A stretch of 64,000 bases of DNA from assembly GCF_036321535.1 (NCBI RefSeq), contig NC_087437.1, forward strand, positions 69,876,001 to 69,940,000, in the 5' to 3' direction. Source of the stretch: Camelus dromedarius. Lineage: Eukaryota. Every line of letters begins with the position of its first letter. Position 1 is the first letter of the stretch. Shown here piece by piece: positions 23,278 through 37,137 of this stretch. The translations under genes were made by a program, and so were the position numbers. A model generated the notes under the pieces. That model made no database searches and had not been told where the DNA came from. It saw only the letters and a list, made by a program, of their open reading frames with translations.

Positions 23278-23701
23278 CTGCACTCTCCATCAGTACTTTC
23301 TGACTTCACTCACTTATTCAGCATTTCCCATGTTGCAAAAACATCCTGCCCTCAGGGAGATACACACATGTAAAAAGCAAAACAAATGCTATTTGAACAA
23401 AATAGAACTCAATGTCAAATGTGTGTTGTAAGAACTCAGAATAGGAAAGAAATCACTGTGGACTAGGATATGTCTTCTACTTCATAATTAGGATTTGAAC
23501 AAGTAGAGAGGATGCAACGAGTTTTAGAAAAAGGTCATATCAGAAAAGGCAAAATTCATAAATAATCACCACCTGATCGAGGGACTGTCAGTCAATATGC
23601 AGAAGAGGGGGACCTGGAAAGGAGAGTAGGAAGAGAGAACCTGAGAAGGGATGGATGGTTACACTCAAACTAAGAAGGATCTTGAGGGTCAGGCAATGAC
23701 A

Positions 23702-24140
23702 GTCTATTAGTGTCCTAGGGCTGCCAAAACAGATTTCCACAAACTCGGGGACTGAGAACACTAGAAATGTATTCTCTCACATTTTGTAGGTCTAAACTTC
23801 AAGTGTTGGCTGGATTAGTTCCTTCTGGAGGTTCTGAGGGAAAAATCCATTCCATTCCTGTATCCTACTTTCCAGTGGCTGTGAATCAACCTCACCATTT
23901 CTCGGTTTGAAGATGCATCACTCCAATCTCTAACTCCATCTTCATTCTGTCTTCCCTTCTTCTTATAAGAACACCTGTTATTGAGTCTAGAGTCCAGCTA
24001 AATCCAGGAGGATCTCATATTCATTTCCTTAACCTAATCATATCTGCAAAGACCCTTTTTCCAAGTAAGGTCACATTCACAGGTACTGGGGGCTAGAACT
24101 TGGATACAGCTTTTTGAGGAACACAAGTCAACCTACTACA
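23702..24140 (-). mobile_element. MaLR solo LTR (MLT1C-like)
   Basis: tattagtgtcctagggctgcc...atctgcaaagacccttttccaagtaaggtcacattcacaggtactgggg...caacctactaca. Confidence 0.85.
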
Positions 24141-25335
24141 GGGGATCAGACAGAAGCTTTGTGAGTAGGAACATTTTTGAGAATGCCTAAGGCAATGTTG
24201 CAGAGTATGGAATGGAGAGACAGATAGAGCAGGGCTCAGGGAGAGGAGGATGGAACTGTTCTAATGCCTAGATCAGGAAGGGACAGTGGGAGAGAAAGTG
24301 AACTGTCACTTGTTGAGCGCCCAGTATGTTCCATGTATCACAGATTTTATGCTTTACATGGTCTGTCTCATTTACATCATGGAAGAATATCTTGAGGGAA
24401 GAGAAAAATGGAAGAACCGAAAGTGGCTTGGAGATTGAACCTGGGCAGCCTGGAGAATGAGAATACAAAGCTCAGATGTGAGGACACCCTGAAAGGGACC
24501 TGGTGTGGTAAGGAATGAGACAGTTCTGAAAATGTTCATTTTATGGAGGCTTTGAAATGTTCAAGTGCAACACAGAACCTGATTGTAAGAAAGAAGACTG
24601 AAGTTGTCGGAGCCTGCCAAAGTCTTCCAGGCAGACACGCTGCATCCCATTCCAAGGAAAGGCAAGCCTCTGTGATATGATGTCACCATATTCATTAGGT
24701 TGAGAGCTTTTCAGTACAGCCTCATTGCCAGAATTCATCTTGCTTCCCACAGGCAGACAAGAGTCTGAAGCTAAGACCTGGATCATTTTTAGGACCCTCT
24801 AAATCTCCATCCATCTTTCCAGACTTGCCTCAGATCCTCTCAAGAGTTTCTCCTTCCAGCAAACTCTGAAGGCCATTTGAATTGCTGAGTAGTCAATATC
24901 CCAGAACAAGGATATCTCAGGGAGGGAACCATGTGCTGGTGGCAAAGGAAGAGAAGAAGAAAGGTATGCAGCCCATGAGCAAAGACTCAGTAGCCACGCA
25001 GCCACCAAGAAAGTCTGAGATTGCCTGTGTGACCAAATCTAACTCAGCGGTTTACTCAGAGTATCAAGTGGCTGATGTGAAAGATTCCATCATATTACAC
25101 AAACTTCCACCACTAACATACCATCAGAGATTGAAATCAGAACATTTCATCTAGTTTGATCATTAAAGGAACCACAGAATTTTCCACATATCTTTTTTCT
25201 GTTCCCCTCAAAGTATTGGAGTAGTTCATTTACCAGCCAGTCTTCTCCCTGAAACGCACATTTCTGGATGGCAAGCACTATTTCTTAGTTTTTTGTTTTT
25301 TGGAGTTTCTTTTGGTTTATTTCTGGTGTTTCCAG

Positions 25336-26425
25336 CAGGGGCATATATGGGTTTTATGAGACCTAAAACTTATATGATTTGGGGGGGCCTCTAAGTATGA
25401 AAGTGAATATTTATTTGGAATAAGAAATCACAAATTATATATTTCAAAAATTGATATATACTACACACATCATAACATTCAAAAAATAAATGTAATATTT
25501 TGAAACAACTAACATCTCTATAATTCTTTTTTTGACTACGTGTTCTTTGATCATCTCTTTGTACGACAATGACTTTGTATATAATATTCTAAAGGAGACT
25601 GGAAAGGATAATCTCGTCTAACACAGTTCATTGGAATTGTTTTTATGATTGATAGTCGGAGGATTAAAACATGAGACTCCAAATACAGATGTATTTCTAG
25701 TGCAGGGCACTAGCAGTGATACAAAAACAGGAATTCTGAAAAATTCTATTTCAAATAATTGAAATAGTTGGAAAGAGAAGACATCGGTATTATATATTTA
25801 TAATTGAATTACGTGCCATTATCAAATTTATTCCTGACAGAAAAGAACTTCAGTTTTGGTCAGGCTTTGGTAAGAACCGAATCTCCCACTTAAAAATGGA
25901 CATAGCTGATGCCTGGAGGCATTTCCCACAGACTAGCTTCTGGCTTCATTCATTTCCAGCTGTGTTTCTCATCTTTACCACATGACTCAGGTGCATGTGA
26001 TGTAGGCCAGGTGCTGTTTGTATTATAATTCAGCTTCTGGTCCTGCCCTTCAGGGTGCCATATCCTGTGAGTCAGCACCTGGTATTCCCTGTAGCCATGG
26101 ATGGCTAGCATCAACTTAACTCTACATGGAAGTCCCTAGGAGCAACATAAATATATCCCATTAAACCCAATATAAATGTAGCACTAACACAACCTCATCT
26201 TGCTTGGTTCCCAAAATTGCCCACTGCCCTGCCACACAACCTGATATGAGGAGTGCTGCAGAGGGAAAGTTTGAGTGGAAAGAGGTAGGAGTCTTAATGG
26301 GTTGCTATTAAAATACCTTACTATCTCAAACTTTATACAGAGGCACAAACATGTGGCCCAGGGCCCATGCAAGTGAGGAGCCCTGGAGCTTAATCTGAAT
26401 TAGCATCTCAGTAAATTTGCTTCTG
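25336..26425 (-). mobile_element. Internally deleted hAT-Tip100 DNA transposon (Zaphod-like)
   Basis: Both ends match recalled Zaphod termini. Exact 8-bp TSD GTTTCCAG at 25328-25335 and 26426-26433. Confidence 0.85.
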
Positions 26426-28074
26426 GTTTCCAGTCTTTAGTTCAGAGCCATTGAGTCCTGAATGCATAATTGTACCAGAAGAGTACTGGGGTGGGAGAGA
26501 GGAAGGGAAAAAAGGAGGGAAGAAGGAGGTTTGAAGAAAACTTCAAACATCGATTTTCAGGATCCCCAACTATTTCAACCTGCAATTGTTATTTTGTTCT
26601 ACACAGACATGGTTTTGTTTCTCATCATTTCCACTCCTGTGGATCCTGAATTTGTCCCATCCTGAACTTTCTTCTGGAATGCTCACGGTATGGAGAAATG
26701 ACAAAATGCAGCTTCCTGATGAACTCCAAACATCAAGTTTCCCATCTGGGTTCCATTAAATGTTAACTGTCATCACCTGGGGAATCAGGGCGCTGTCCTT
26801 CCCCAAAGACGATATCCCAAAACTAATCCCGGTTTATTTTCTCCCCTGTCTCATGATACCTCTTTTACTATGATGCTTTATGACACCTCCTTCTAAAATG
26901 CACCATCTTATATAGACAGAGGCAGTGTTGGGAGGTTTCATGTACTATTCAATTTTTAGTTGGATAGTAAAAGCTATTTCAGATATATACCTTCAAATTA
27001 CTAAATTTGCTCATCTTGGCTTGAAGCATTGATAGGTTTAACTGAAACATTATCAATTTCAACTCTCATTCAAACCAAGCAGCTCATCCTATAATTCAAC
27101 CTTTTGGGTTGTTTTCTCCCCTTTCCTTTTCTTCACTCCACTATGATTCCATCAAATTTAGAACTGAGATTTTTTGCTTAACAAACTTGGTCCTTTTCTA
27201 TCTGAAATCCAAGTCTACTCTTCTTTACATCAAACTTTTTCACAATGAAGCTATCAAAGCACACCTACAGTGTCTAATGCACTCCATCCACAGAATTTTC
27301 TTGAACAGACTTCCCCCTTCTCTGTCCTCAAGGTTCTGAAATGTATGTTCCCAATAATCCTCATCTGATCATCCTTTAAGTTCCTCCCAGTATCTATAAA
27401 ATTTTCACAAACTCCTCTGCAGACTACTTGGTTTTCTCCTTCCGATTTCTCTGTCTCTTCCTTCTTTTGGGACTTCAAAATCCCAAATTTCTCTAAAAGT
27501 CAACGAAATAATTCCATCATTCAGGCTTTTCAAGATTTTTCATTGACTGAAATACCACTCTCTGAATTTCCCAGACAAAATTAGCAAGTAATTCTCCCAA
27601 GCTATCTTCAAGTGCACTACACTTCAGGCCACACCACATTCTCCCTAATCCACATATAAATGTTTAATACTAGAGGGTGAGATTATATTTATATTATTTT
27701 ACATATTTTAATCCAATTCTTTAGATTACACAGCATTGAAAGATAGAATTATTGAAATTGGAGCCCGAGAATGTTATCTCGTTTGTCTCCCTGACACTAA
27801 CTAATGATCTCAAAGTTTTGTTTGCTTTTGTTAAACTGGGGGCAATCTCTCATTAAGGTTTTACATCCTCATTCCTGATGTCTGATATATTGGGAGTCTC
27901 TCTTTTCCTCATATTAGCAAATTGTCATCTTCTGGGCCTTCATCAGAGTAAACGTATTTAATGGTCTGTTGGACAATAAGGCTATGTGCATCCTCTTAAT
28001 AAGTCTTCAAGTAATCAGATTCACAGATGTCAGGCCCTGCATGACTTCAATCATGTGCATTGTCTGTCCCTGAA

Positions 28075-28525
28075 CTTCAAAGATCCTGGGAGGCTGGATG
28101 ACACCTTTAATGTCATCTGGCCCAAACTCTCCATTTGATGTTTCCAAATGTTAAAACACTCTGTGCTTGAAGGAAAGCATGTTACTTCCAAAGCTTCTCA
28201 TTTTCAACTTTTGACAACTGCTGGGATAGTCTTTCCTCTAGAAACTCATATCTGTCTCCCTCTAAGGCCCACCTGGTAGTCCTGTTTGCAGTCCCTGGGG
28301 CTACCACAAATACCTCTTTCACAGATTATTTCAGCAAGTATTTAAACACAATTCATCCATCCTCTCTGAGTCTTCTGCACACTAAACATCTCTCAAGCTG
28401 TTTTTCACTTAATGAGATTTTGAGTCCTTTCATTCTGGTTAGACTTCTATCTCCTCAAAACACTACAATTTGTTTATATCCCTTAAAATGTAACATCTCT
28501 AACTAATAATTACACTTTTAGATGT
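28075..28525 (-). mobile_element. L3/CR1 LINE fragment (3' part)
   Basis: gtcctgtttgcagtccctggggctaccacaa...agtatttaaacaca...ctaaacatc...ccttaaaatgtaacatc resembles reverse L3. Confidence 0.6.
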
Positions 28526-28625
28526 TAAGTATCAATTAAAACATAAAAGAACTGTAAGAGCTGTGTGTGTGTGTGTGTGTGTGGTGTGTGTGTGTCCCAC
28601 CACACCAATGAATTGTGAGCCTATT

Positions 28626-29042
28626 CAGTGGTGTGCTGGTGTATGTTTAACAACTGATTCTCCAGGGGCTGGGGATGGGGGAAACATTATTTGCACCATT
28701 TGCCAATTTCCTTGGTGTAAATATTCCTACCGTGGCCTTTTCCAAACTGCAGTGTGGCATCAGTGTGCAAAGCTGGGGAGAGTCGCACAGCAAAACAACA
28801 CTGTATTGTATTTTCACCATATAGATAAAATAAACATAAATAATCTCAAGTGCACTAATAAAACATTTTAAAAATTAGGAAGTGATATGTTTTGAGTATT
28901 TGTTTTTCATATAATTGGTTTAATTTTTAGTTTATAAGTAGTTTAATTTTTAATAATGCTGTGTTTAACTACCGGCTTGCAAAATTCCTGGAAATTTAAC
29001 GATCTGTTTGCAAAAGCTCACATGGCACCTGGCATACCACTT
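28626..29042. mobile_element. MER63-like hAT-Blackjack MITE
   Basis: Termini cagtggtgtgctgg...ctggcataccact, with internal aaaattcctggaaatttaac. Confidence 0.8.
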
Positions 29043-29044
29043 AT

Positions 29045-29555
29045 TTACTCCAACTAAAATTTTGAAACATTTACGTATGATTCTGCTAAACTAAACCCAG
29101 TACCCTTCACACCTTTTTGAAGGCTGTGTCTAGAAGTTGTCTAGTTCTGTTGTTAACTTTGGTTTTACTTTTTCATCTGGGTAAAATGTTGTATATGAAT
29201 GTAGTCTTGTTTATTTTCGTCTTGTTAAGCTTAACCAATCATTTCACCCTGTCAATAATTTTTTAGATCCTAATTCTGTCACCCCACATTTCTGTCATCT
29301 TTATCCCTTCTGGCTTCATGTCATCTACACATCTGATGAGCAAGCCTTATATATCTTTATCTGAGGCACTGAATTTAAAAAAATGCCTGACAGGAGAGGG
29401 CCAAGGACAGAATCCTTGGCCATGCAAATAGAATTCTCCCTCCACACAAGCATGAAACTATTAATCAGCATTGATTCAGCGAGGTAGTTTTCTACTGAAC
29501 TGCCTTTGCATTTAGTCCAAATTTTCCCAACATGTCTATAAGACTTTCAAGACAT
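29045..29555 (-). mobile_element. L3/CR1 LINE fragment (continuation)
   Basis: gtcatctacacatctgatgagc...gacaggagagggccaaggacagaatccttgg...attaatcagca are reverse CR1 RT-region motifs. A further piece lies at ~31535-31800. Confidence 0.65.
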
Positions 29556-29559
29556 TATT

Positions 29560-31530
29560 TATGAAGTGTATGACTTAAGTCCAGAAACCCTCACCTTCTT
29601 CCTTCCCATGTCAGAGAAAAAGATGACACTTCTCTTAAGCAAAGCTGATCACTTTCTCCAGGATCCATCAGCTATGCCACCTTTCGTCTTTCAATCTCCA
29701 TCTACCCCACTAGCATATAAACAGTGCCATTTCTCCACTCTGCTTTTTTTTTTCCATTTGGAAGATTGCCTATTTCATTTTTTCCACTTTATTTGTGCTT
29801 ACTATTCCATCTCTTCTCTTTATTTTCAGCATGACCAACACCGTGTCTTTGCTCTCATTTAGCAAGTAGATGCATTCAGGCAGGAACTCCACCCATCTGC
29901 TGTTTTGCCACATTCAGACTTATATGCGCCCGAACCTGGCAAAGTAGAGTGAAAGTTTCCCCTGATTATTTGGAATGCCATCTCAAAATTCCTCAGAGAA
30001 CTTAGTCCTCCTCTCCTTCTCTTGTATCATCGTCTTCCTCTCAACGGAATCATTAGCTTCTTCTTTTAAGAGACTCTAGCTTCTTCCACCTCTTCATAAA
30101 GAAAATAGTCTCCTTTAACCCTAGCTCTGCATCTTACTGTCCCTCTGCCCACCATCTTCACTTCTTCATCTCCTCTTCAAAGTCTCAGCTCTTGGCAATT
30201 TGCCTGTTGTGTTCACCAATCCATTGGCTTTAATTAGGTCACCAGGAAACTCACAGTTGTCCTCTCTCTCTCTGTCTTTCTCTGTCTCTGCCTCTCTGCC
30301 TCTGCCTCTCTGCCTCTGCCTCTGTCTCTCTCTCTCTCACACACACACACATACACACCTTTTCATTTCTTACCTTATAAGGCTTCTCTGAAGCTTCAAG
30401 ACTAACCACTTCTGTTTAGTTTTTTCTTTAATTTCCTTTTATCTTTGTTTCAACGACACTTCACTCACCTAGTTTTCCTTCTCCATCTCTAAGTGCCTTC
30501 GCTTTCTTCTTGTCAGATTTCCCTTCCTCAGTCACCACTTGTCTGGGCATCCTCAGCACAGCCCACGGCTTCCACCACCACCACATCTTGCTGTCTGACT
30601 TCCAGTTCCGTATTTGCAGCTGAGAACTTGTCGGAACAATGCTTCAAGTGCAGATCTCCATATGCATGATTCACTCTCCCAAAATGAACATCTTATCTTT
30701 CCCCCTACATCCTCTCACCAAAATATGCACCTCCTCCTGTAATCCCTATTCTGGTTTGTAGGACTGGCCACTTACTCACTTGTTTAGGCAAAAAAAAAAA
30801 AAAAAAAAAAATGTGCTGGAAAACTTTCTCTTCCTCTTCACCCACATTCAATATGTCATGAAACCCGCTAGATGTTAATACTTTAGGTTCTCATTTCTTT
30901 TGAATTTTTTGTGATAGGTTTTTAATTACTCCCCCTGTCTGCAGTCTCCCTTCTTGAATCTATATTCTACACACAGCCAGAGTCATCTTTCCAAAACAAC
31001 CTTACCAGATCACGAAACCCCTCTATTTACTATCCCACAGTAACTCCCAGTTAACTGCAGGAAGAAGTTGAAATTCCTCACCATCACACAGCCTACCTAC
31101 CCACCTCTCCAATGACACCCCTAAACACCTAATTTACTGCATTTTCCAAAGAGGTCTATGCCTTAATTATCTCCATACCTTTATACCTGCTGACTTCAAT
31201 TCACAGAATAACTTTCCCATTTTTTAGTGAAATAATTCTCACTCTTCCAAGTAACAGCTAAAGTAAACTCTCTTCTGTGAAACATGACCACTCTCCTCAT
31301 GCCACCATTTTTTCAATGTTACTATTCTTTCTTGTCCAGGCCCTTGTCCAGCACTTACCACACATTAGTGACAGTATTTATTTACCTGCCTATTTTCATC
31401 ATTATACAGAAACTAAGAAACCAACAAATTTCTTCAGGAAAGGAATTGAATTTTATCTCTCTTTGTATCTCCACTTCTTAGCACACGGCCCAGCACATTC
31501 TAGATAACTCACTATATTTTCACAGAATGA
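29560..31530 (+). mobile_element. L2 LINE remnants
   Basis: Pyrimidine-rich L2 body (cacacagccagagtcatctttccaaaac) ending with an L2 tail near 31530. Confidence 0.65.
30262..30358. repeat. Compound (TC)n/(CTCTGC)n/(CA)n microsatellite
   Basis: Directly visible. Confidence 0.9.
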
Positions 31531-31889
31531 GTAACTTTTCCTTATTTAGTATTTTATACCTCAATCAAAGAAAGTAATGTGGAAACTAGCATGATTTATT
31601 CTTGGTGAATTAATGCTGGCTTTTTGGGATCAGTACTTTTACGTCTATATTCTCCATCCAGATTTTCAACATTCAACTTTAGATAAATACACCAATACTA
31701 AACATATTAGTTCGTGGGATAAAAATTTTTTCTCCTTATTTTAGTTTTTGAAAACAGAAATAATTTTTTTCCAAATCCAACTCTTCTGTCCCAGAAAGAA
31801 TACTACAGACACAACTTTGTCATTCACATAGGAATTATCATTGTTGGGTAAAAGTTTTTGGAGTATATGTATGTGTATAATACAAAACC

Positions 31890-32350
31890 AAGGAGAAAAT
31901 GGGTGTAATCAAGAAGATTTTAGACCTATAGTAACTAACTAAACTCAACTAATCATGACTTAAAAATAAGAGGTGAGCTGTATTCTATAACAAGAGATGA
32001 CTGTTTCATTCATTCATCTCATGGGTGGAACCATGAGGAACCTCGGCCCACTCTTCTTCTCTGCCCTCTTTACCTGTTTTTCCCCACAATTCCACGTATG
32101 GCTTCTGGTGTTAAAATGGCTGCTGCAGCTTCAGATATTACAGATACTTTCCAGGCAGGTATGAGGAAGAAGGGGCAGTGCTGACATCTGTCCCTTTCAT
32201 TAGAAAATAACATCTCTCCCAGAATCCTCACTGCAGATTTGCCCTATGACTCACTGGCCAGAACTGAGTTGAATGATTCTACCAGGGAGATTAGAAAAGT
32301 AAGTATCTTGCTTTTCTTTTAGCTTCCATAGTGGGACAAAAGTAAGGAAA
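31890..32350 (-). mobile_element. Old MaLR LTR (MLT1I/J/L-like)
   Basis: aaaatggctgctgcagcttcag...tcactggccagaactgagt...gggagattagaaaagtaagtatc. Confidence 0.6.
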
Positions 32351-32457
32351 AAGGGGAAATTATGTCCTGTCTACCTTAGTGGGTGAAATTAGTAGTGACT
32401 GCTCAATGTTTTCCAATCTGTATTGGTTTTTATATTACATTACTCCATTGCTTTCTT

Positions 32458-32672
32458 TTTTTTTTTTTTGATAGTGTATATATATATAATATTTTTATTG
32501 AAGTATAGTTGATTTACAATGTTGTGTTAGTTTCAGGTGTATAACAAAGTGATTCATATATATGTACATACATACATGTACATATGTGTGTGTATGTGTA
32601 TGCATATATATACATATAGATATACATATATATATACACACACACACACAGTCTGTTTTAGATTCTTTCTAT
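32458..32672 (-). mobile_element. 5'-truncated young L1 3' end with TA/CA microsatellite
   Basis: ttttattgaagtatagttgatttacaatgttgtgttagtttcaggtgta. TSD TTGCTTTCTT (32448-32457, 32673-32682). Confidence 0.88.
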
Positions 32673-35600
32673 TTGCTTTCTTAATTTAAAAAATTTACCA
32701 AACTTGTGTCTGGATAGTTTGGACAATGTTTATGCTGCCTTTCCCACATGCACAGCATCTGTTCTGAATAAATTTTCTTCCTTGATACATTTGACGGAAT
32801 TTTTGTAGGCAAAAATCTAACCTTTCTAGTCATCTTTCTAACCTTTTTAGGGCCATTTACATTATTTTTTCTATACCAGTGCTAATAAATAACTCAAAAT
32901 GTAATATAATTTTTGATTTTTCACTAGCATTCTGATTAGTTCCTTTCCTAGATTGTGGGTATAATACTAAATAGAAACAAATCAGAATGTATGATATTGA
33001 CTTTTGAGTCATCCTAACAGAAATGTTTCATACCAACTGTATGAACACTTATTTTATTTCTTCACACCTCTAAACCAAATCTTAAACCTTCTCCTACAGT
33101 TAAAGACCAGATCTAAAAGGAGCTTCCAGCATCATATGCCCCAACACCTTTCATTTATAGGTCAGACAACCAAGACCAAGAAGGTCAAAATGCCCAGTGT
33201 TTAAGACATTGCTGGAAGCTCTGGTTTCTCGGTCCCCAGTTTGATGTTTCCTTCACTAGGTTGAGGTGTGAGTGAGTTTTGCCTGAGAAACATATTAGAT
33301 ATTAGAAGTGCTGGGCCAGTGGAGTAGGCGCCAAGGAGATGGACTATAGAGTTAGCACCAGGAAGGGCAAGGACAAAGACCAGCTGGAAATTGTGAAGCA
33401 AGCTCAGACATAATTCAAGCAATCTTGGGCACAAAATCCAATCTGGGAAGACAGGCCACAGCAGTGGGTGAGCCCTTGGGAGCTAGGCAGGTGGCAGTCA
33501 TGATTCTGGGAGATGTGCCCATATGTTGTAGAATCCCCACCAGAAGGCTGTGTTTGGGCAAGGCTCCAGTAACTGGAGTGGAGAGCTGACAGGTGCCAGG
33601 TGGGGTCCAGGCCCCAAACAGATGTACAACAGTTCAGAGTGGGGCTATGGTCGTAGGGAGGGGATGAGTGTCTCTGGATGACTGGTTGCAAACCAAGGAG
33701 GACGAAGTTAAGCAGAAATAAGATAACATGGCCAGGTCCAGTATGTCAAGGGGTAGTACTTTAACATAGGCTATACATTTAAGCCAGGCATCCAAGGCTC
33801 AACCTGGAATTCCAGCACTCATAACTGAGAGGCAGCAAAGCATACTTATAAAGCATAAAGAAAACCCAAGAGCCACAGCTGATGTTTAGGCCTCAGGTCT
33901 AGAGGTCAGGATTTAATTCGATGTCTCACTGGCCTCAGTCAGCAGTGGCTCAGGATGGGAGCCAGGACCAAGCCTGTAGGTTTGTAGCACTAATGAATGT
34001 AGTCAGGAGATCAGGGCACCACACCCTGAAGTTACTAGAATCCAATTCACACTTAATGTTTGACCTAAAATTATATTGACGTGGGGGATGGAAGAAGGCA
34101 TGTCAGGATCTACAAACCTTCATTTAATAAATTTCATAGGAAAAGTTTATCTTGTACCTTTTTAAAAAACCATCTCAGTAGTAGGTGGTGTTCATGAATT
34201 CATTATCTACAATATGTTTACAGATTTGTATGTCTTAATATAGTTATGTTGTTGGTTTGTGTTAATTTTAGATCTCCTTTAGCAGCTCCTTAGTTCTCTG
34301 AGACTTAAAAAAATATAGCGACAGCATGGAAACAGCTCTAAGGACAGTACATGGATTATAGGAATATACCAATTGGAGATGGAAAGAATGCATGGTGGTC
34401 GGGTTTCTGCACAGTCAATACCACTGGGTCATTAAGGTGACCAAGATCACCAGACCATGAACACTTGGTCCAATCATTTCATCCATCTTAATGACCAAAT
34501 CCAACCAACTGCACAATGATACAATCAATTGCTCAGTAACTATCCATTACGATGGCTGAAAACAAAATAAAACAAATTGGCAGTGTTTGGTCAGTTCAGT
34601 AAAGCTACACAGACAAGATTGCCAAGCGTTGGCTGTCTCCTAGTTTTTATGCCTTCTGTGGCTCAGATGCATTTCTTTCATTCTGATTACTTAGGAATAC
34701 TCATCTCCCCAAGTGTTTATCTTCAGCTTGCTTTTTGCCATTAGTTTCTGTCTACTTTTACTTTCTTCAATTTATCTTGTTAGTGACAGATTTTTAAGGC
34801 AACTGGTACTTAACTTTTTTAGTTATCATTCTTTTTCATATCCTTACCTATTTATTATGTCATATTAGAAAACCAGTTTTTTTCTGTGCTTTAGTTTTTT
34901 CTGCTACATTTATATGAGCCTTCCAATTGGCCTTACTTTTCTTTAAAAGCATTAAACAAAATACTGGTATAAATTATATTTTACATAGAAGCAGAAGTAA
35001 AATAGTTCCACATGTATTTTTTTAACATTTATGTAGGTATATAAATAACATACATATGTTTCTACCTATGCATTTTGGGATTAGCCGAAATCCCCATCCA
35101 AATATTTAGACCGTCTATTCTAGATCTATTATGTTCATGTATTTCAAAAGGGTTAGTTGATTTTTTTCCCCCCACTGGAATTCTGTTTTACTGTATATCC
35201 AGCTTTAATTTTCATATATTTCTATAATGGTGAGATTTTACAAGTTTTACCATTGCATTGTGCTCCTTAGCTTTTCTAGGCGGGTCTATATAATGCTTCA
35301 TTAAACAGTTAAATATTTGGTAATCTACTAGCTGTTTTGTGTGCATTTCTTTACTTGAATGAAAATATCAGGATTGTCTGAGTGCTTTGGTACATGTAGA
35401 CACAAAAATAATTTTATAAAACTTATTTCCTGAAAAAACTTTAAACTAAAGAGAAAGCTTTATATTAAAGCTTTCAAGAAAAGGGCAAGGATCAGAATTA
35501 CCTCTGTTTTCCAGGAATTAGCTTTACAACAATCTGATAATTGGCTTTCAGTGTTGAGCTGTTGGTGTGTGTTCATGTATATGTTGTTTGTGCACATGAG

Positions 35601-36098
35601 TGTGGACGCATGTTACTTTTTATTGATCGTTCTCATAGTTAAATGATAGTGGTGGGGGACTCACTGCTATAACATACAGTGTGCATGTACCTCAGGCTCT
35701 GCTATAGAAACAGATGGTATTTGAGGTCAGGTGAGGTCAGATCTAACCAACTGGAGCAGGAAACTGATTATAAGGATTAATGGTGGGCAGGTGAGGGTGT
35801 GATAGGTGTCAGGGTAGGCAGCTGCTGTTGGGGGTACTTGAAGTCAGAGAGAAAAAGTTTCAGCCTAGGCACTCAGGCAGGTGGTGAGCTCGGATGTGCG
35901 AGTAAGAAGAGCACTTTATACAGAAACTATCCATGGTCCGGGCAGCTCCCCTGAAGTAGATTTAACATACTTGAAGGTCCTGAGAGGCCTTTTATTCTCA
36001 AAGTGTCAAACTTCTAAGGTTGCTTCTTCTAGACAGAACGGCAGTTAGCACAGCCCACATAAAGCTTTGTCCCATTTATAGATTTCCTCCTATTCTTA

Positions 36099-36609
36099 TG
36101 TAAGCAGATAGGGTAGGGAGTCCCTGGAGAAAGAGAACCAGACATGGCCTTCTTAACAGAAGAGAATTTTGGCCAAAGCTATTTTGTGATCTAAGCCTCG
36201 CCACAATGCTTGTCCTTGAACAAGTCTCAGTAATTAATGATCTTAAGGGAACAAAGGAATGTAGAAACCAACAATAAATTAAAAAAAAAAGTAACAATAG
36301 CAAAGATAATACATCACTTATAAAGACCCCCAGTTCGGTTTCAATGGTAAAGATCAGCCTGCAGCGCTCAATCACCAGATCAGCTGGAACCTGAGGGATA
36401 AGGATGTTGATCTCTTCTGACCCTCATGAATATGCATGACAACTACACCAATTTGGCTGTTTAGGGGAAGATACTGCTTTGGGAAAGATCCCTGGTATTC
36501 TCCTTATTTGCTCCAAGTAATAACAAATTCTTCCTTCTCCAGACATTTGGCTTGGTTTTGTGTTTTGGCTCAACACCCACTGAGAGGCAAACCCAGTTTT
36601 TGGGTAACC
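36099..36609 (+). mobile_element. ERV1-class solo LTR
   Basis: Starts TGTAAGC and ends gggtaac(c), with a 4-bp TSD CTTA (36095-36098, 36610-36613). Confidence 0.75.
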
Positions 36610-37137
36610 CTTAGTCTATATGAACTCAAACAATCATCTCTATAATCTAAAGAACTGTCAATTTCCACATCAGATGGAAATATCATTTTTTTTCTGCCTT
36701 GAACTGGGCTATTCAGAGATGTCAAAGATTCTGAAGGATCTGACAAGCTGAGGATGGAGAGATTTTCACTCTTCATAAACAGATGATCTATCTTTCAGGG
36801 ACTCCATCTCTCTGAGTAGGCTGACCCAGGTTAAGGGCCTTTATACTTTCTTTCGTACAGAATGTTTTCCATCTGCCTTGAAAGAACCTGAACTTTATGG
36901 ATAATTTGTGGTGGAAATGTCAGCTGGGGTGTATGTGACTTTCAACTGTGCATAGTTAATATGCAGTTTATCTACAGAGTTTAAAAACTAGCTACCACTG
37001 CTTCCTCTAACAGGTGTAAGAGTTGAAGGTTTTATGAAGTTCAGACTCATCTCATTATTGCTTGGGAAAACATTTGATAGATTTTGCGTGTATGTTATTT
37101 TGTTATGGTTGGCTAGTGGAAGAAAAATGAATGGGGG

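Noticed and set aside
26789..26798. RE1 right half-site GGCGCTGTCC
   Set aside because: There is no adjacent left half, and an isolated 10-mer is too weak to call.
33200..34040. GC-richer stretch that may be an old LTR (also ~35650-36000)
   Set aside because: I could not identify termini, a TSD or a family by eye.
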